Shown piece after piece: positions 60,365 to 64,000 of a stretch of 64,000 nt of DNA. Origin of the DNA: Minisyncoccota bacterium (GTDB lineage Bacteria; Patescibacteriota; Minisyncoccia; UBA6257; 1-14-0-10-44-23). Numbering within the stretch: position 1 is the stretch's first letter; every line of letters starts with the position of its first letter. The notes beneath the pieces were generated by a model that saw only the letters and a list, made by a program, of their open reading frames with translations, was not told the origin of the DNA and made no database searches. The stretch covers positions 14,556 through 78,555 of the forward strand of contig JAWKSL010000002.1 of NCBI GenBank assembly GCA_041389085.1, written 5' to 3'. Both the position numbers and the translations under genes were made by a program.

Positions 60365-61574
60365 ATGAATCAGCAGCCACTTCCACAAGCAGAGCCTGTT
60401 TTTCTTGTTGAAACAGATAAGATTGTCGCAAACCCTTATCAGCCGCGACGACATTTTGATGAAGAAAAGCTTAAGGACTTGGCGAACTCTATTCGTGAGC
60501 TGGGAATTTTGCAGCCACTAGTAGTAACTAAAGTAGAAGAAGACAGTCCGCAGGGGCTTGCTATTCGCTACGAGCTTATCGCCGGAGAGCGACGACTTCC
60601 GTGCATCTCGCATGCTTGGGCTTGCTCGTGTGCCAGCTATTGTGAAGAACGTGAAACTCGATCAGCACCGCCTTGAAATGGCGATTGTTGAAAACGTGCA
60701 GCGCGCAGACCTTAACGCTATTGAAGCTGCAAAGGCTTACAATCGTTTGCAGGATGAGTTTAATCTCACGCAACGTGAGATAGCGAGCAGGGTAGGAAAG
60801 AGTAGAGCTTCGATTGCAAACACAATGCGCCTTTTGAGTTTGCCAAGCGAAGTGCAAGAGGCAGTTGGCTCTGGGAGGGTAAGCGAAAGCCAAGCGCGCC
60901 TTTTGATGACTATCGACGATGCGGCGAGTCAGAGCAGAATTTTTAAAGAAATATTGTTTAAGAACTTAAGTGTTCGTGAACTTAAGAATGAAATAGAGAA
61001 GTATCGTCGCGATGCTCGTGTACCACAAAAGCAATCTATGTTTAGCAGAGACCCTGTGGCTCTAAACCTGCAGAGAGCTCTTGAAGAGTTTTTGGGTGCT
61101 GATGTGCGCCTTGATTCGAGCGGAGAGAGCGGAAAGATAACAATTCGTTTTCAATCTAAGGAAGAGCTTCAGGCTATTGTAGAAAAGATGACCTCACACG
61201 AGAGTGTTGATACGCACCAGACTGTAAGCAATATGTATGAGCGCACTCAGCAGACCGATGTAAGCGGCATGATGGGACTTGATACCTCACTTTCAGAACC
61301 ATCCTCCTTCGCTAACCCTCCTTCGCACGAAGCTACGGAAGGGCAAGGAGCTATGGCGGACAAGGAGCCTGTGCGCGAAGAGCCTGTTCAAGTAGAAAAT
61401 AGTTTTGATATGAGCGACGTTGTTGCGCCACCAGCTGTACAGTCAGAAATAGAAGATACTTTCCACACTACTGAGCAAGCGCATGAAGATTCTTTGCCGA
61501 TGGAGCAGCCTGAGCACGACATACTTGCTAGCTACGGATTTGGAGGAGAGGATACGCAAAGCAACTCTTTTTAA
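60365..61574 (+). CDS. parB: ParB/Spo0J with an acidic C-terminal tail (1-nt frameshift near 60599)
   Basis: NPYQPRRHF, IAGERR|RAS, ENVQRADLN. Confidence 0.9.
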
Positions 61575-61619
61575 AAATAAACACCCCATGCGCGTGAACG
61601 CATAGGGTGCAAGCTGCGC

Positions 61620-61889
61620 CTAGCAACCGTAGGGTTGAGGCGTCTGTGTTTGGAGTTGCTCGGTGCTTGATGCGACGGAGTGCACGCTGAGAGCGCAGTC
61701 GCTCAGGTCTTGCCCGGTGACTCCCTTGCACACTTCGGTGAAGAAGGCTCCCCACTGAGCCTTGGCTTCTTCAGCACAGATCTTGTCGTCGGCGATGAGG
61801 CCGGCGACGATCTTGATTGGCTCGCTGTTGAGTGGGAAGTCGACGATCTTGTCGCCGCAGCAGATGCGCAAACGAAGCTGCTTTTGCAT
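61620..61889 (-). CDS. hypothetical protein (orphan with strong SD)
   Basis: TGGAGGGA upstream; hairpin at 61582-61609. Confidence 0.65.
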   Translation of the reverse strand: MQKQLRLRICCGDKIVDFPLNSEPIKIVAGLIADDKICAEEAKAQWGAFFTEVCKGVTGQDLSDCALSVHSVASSTEQLQTQTPQPYGC

Positions 61890-61946
61890 GATTCCCTCCA
61901 GGGTTGTGACTTATGTCTTATATCGCTTTCCTTTTGTAGCGTCAAG

Positions 61947-62090
61947 CTACTTTTTCCCCTTTGCAGCTTTGGCGGCTTCTTTCTTCTTTCGCTTTTCAAG
62001 AGCCTCTTGCCCCCGCGTGCTTCACGCGCTGTAGTAAAGCCCAACAGTCAGGCTGGGGCTTACTACGGGGCTACGCTTGCTTCTTCTGGA
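61947..62090 (-). pseudogene. relic topA 3' end with a CCCCG...CGGGG insertion
   Basis: [20 protein letters not shown] duplicated at 61947-62009; insert at 62010-62070. Confidence 0.85.
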
Positions 62091-62093
62091 TTT

Positions 62094-64000
62094 CTACTTC
62101 TTTCCTTTCGCAGCTTTCGCGGCCTCTTTCTTCTTTCGCTTTTCAAGAGCCGCTTGCTTCTCTTCTGCGGTGCGTGCTACTGGTGGAACTTTGGTTGGGT
62201 CTTCCCAGGTGGCAAAGTCGCAGTCTGGGTAATTGTTGCAGCCATAAAAGAGGCGGCGGCCACGTCCTCGGGTACGCTTTGCTACGAGCTCGTCTCCACA
62301 TTCAGGGCACTTAACTCCTGTTTTTTGCGGCTCGTTTTCTTTGAGCGGCTTGGCATTTTTACAGTCAGGGAAGGCGGTGCAGGCAAGGAACTTTCCGAAG
62401 CGGCCAAACTTTATCGCCATTTGTGCTCCACACTTTTCACACTTTTCATCGACAACTTCTTCATTGTGCTCTTTGTTTACCTCAGCCATTTTCTCTTCGA
62501 GGTTTTTGTGGAATGGCCCGTAGAACTCTTTCATTATCTTTCGCCAGTCGGCTTTTCCGCTTGCTATTTTGTCGAACTCTTCTTCCATGTTTGCGGTAAA
62601 CTCGAGGTCTACTATTTGAGGGAAGTGTTCTACAAGGAGTTTGTTTACCATTTCTCCGATTTCGGTTGGCTTAAATTTGCCAGCATCTTTTTCTACATAG
62701 TTGCGGGCTTGGATGGTTGAAATAGTTGGCACGTAGGTTGATGGGCGGCCGATACCAAACTCTTCGAGGGTTTTGATAAGGCGTGCTTCACTGTAGCGTG
62801 GTGGTGGTTCGGTAAAGTGCTGTGTTGGGATTACTTGTGCGAGGGTGAGTTTTTCACCTTCGGTAACTTCTGGGATTTCGCGCTCTTCAAACTTTTGTGA
62901 AAATACTTTCAGGAACCCGTCGAACACGAGCTGGCTTCCACTAGTGGTGAGCTGGTAGGTTGAGTTTCCTTTTGCATCTACTTCGAGCTTGCGCGTTTTA
63001 AAACGTGCCTCTGGCATCTGTGAGGCCATAAAGCGCTGCCAGATAAGGCGGTAGAGCTTTCGCGCACCTTCTTCTTTTACGGTTATGTCTTCTGCTGTTG
63101 CTGTGCTTGTTGGGCGGATAGCTTCGTGAGCTTCTTGCGCAAGCTTTGATTTACCCTTAAAGGTTCGTGGGGTTTCAAGTGCGTACTCGTTTCCGAAGGT
63201 TTGGCTAAGATATTCTTTTGCAAACACGAGAGACTCTTTAGAAAGGTTTACTGAGTCGGTTCTCATGTAGGTGATGAGTCCGTTTTCGTACAGCATTTGC
63301 GCAAACATCATGGTGCGCTTTGCTGAATAGCCAAGGCGCGCACTTGCTGTTTGCTGGAGGGTGCTTGTCGTAAATGGAGGGAGGGGAGAGCGCTTCTTTT
63401 CTCCTTCGGTGAGTGAGGCGACGGTGTACTCTGCATTTTTCAAATCTTGCTCAATTTCATCTGCAGTTGTTTTGTTTGGAATCGCGAACTTATCGAGTGT
63501 TTTGTCGTCTTTCTTTTTTAGATCGATAAGGAAGGGCTCTGCCTTTTTGTTTTTCACCTCAGCTTGAATACTCCAGTACTCTTCTGGCTTGAAAGCTTTG
63601 ATTTCGTTTTCGCGATCGACAATAAGGCGCAGTGCTACTGATTGCACGCGACCAGCTGATAGGCCCTTTGCTACTTTTTCCCAGAGAAACGGTGAAAGCT
63701 CGTATCCTACGATGCGGTCGAGTACGCGGCGTGCTTGCTGGGCATCTACAAGCTCATCGATGATGTCGCGTGGGTTTTCGAGCGCGTGGTGAATAGCCGA
63801 CTTGGTGATTTCATGAAAAACAATACGTTTGATTGGAGGCTCTTTTCTTGGAGCTCTAAGTCAACTTTCATTGGGCGCTTACCATGTACCTTTCCTTTTA
63901 CTATTTGCTCAAGGTGCCAGGCAATTGCTTCTCCTTCGCGGTCTTCATCGCTTGCAAGAATAATGTTGGTGCTTTTGCTTGCGAGCTTCTTAATTTCGTT
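62094..64000 (-). CDS. topA: DNA topoisomerase I, 5'-partial; apparent frameshift near 63850
   Basis: [40 protein letters not shown]-terminal Zn ribbons. Confidence 0.95.

Noticed and set aside
61680-62720. 346-aa plus-strand ORF
   Set aside because: Antisense shadow of topA and the 61620 gene; no recognisable motifs.

Overview
64-kb chromosomal segment of a small-genome bacterium, most likely Patescibacteria (CPR, Parcubacteria-like). This is inferred from the gene content: two VirD4/TraD-like ATPases, a split ComEC, a pilin-like gene, short AspRS/EF-Ts/ATP-synthase delta and epsilon, and core genes that mostly lack Shine-Dalgarno (SD) sites. Core genes are efp, mnmA, aspS, ndk, lepA, murB, hpf, secA, rpsB, tsf, rpmG, a full atp operon, a MacAB-like ABC exporter, gdhA, parB and topA, plus 9 tRNAs. 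The best system candidate lies just downstream of tRNA-Ser(TGA): promoter, ~310-nt structured ncRNA closed by a terminal inverted repeat, a 48-aa ORF missing from the ORF track, an XRE-HTH gene and a compact reverse transcriptase with non-canonical retron motifs. This is a type VI retron-like layout. Other highlights: (1) recurrent diverged duplicate copies of gene and tRNA ends (lepA, topA, tRNA-Leu, -Ala, -Tyr, -Trp), several interrupted by CCCCG...CGGGG hairpins; (2) a 192-nt group I intron in tRNA-Thr(GGT) beside a free-standing endonuclease; (3) promoter/terminator-bounded ncRNA candidates with anti-SD motifs, alongside orphan genes with strong SDs; (4) a CC1-like small chromatin protein; (5) a Na+-type c-ring signature; (6) two tandem gene cassettes inserted at a gene 3' end. 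Many single-base frameshifts (murB, parB, topA and others) look like sequencing/assembly indels. All calls are by eye; no database searches were run.
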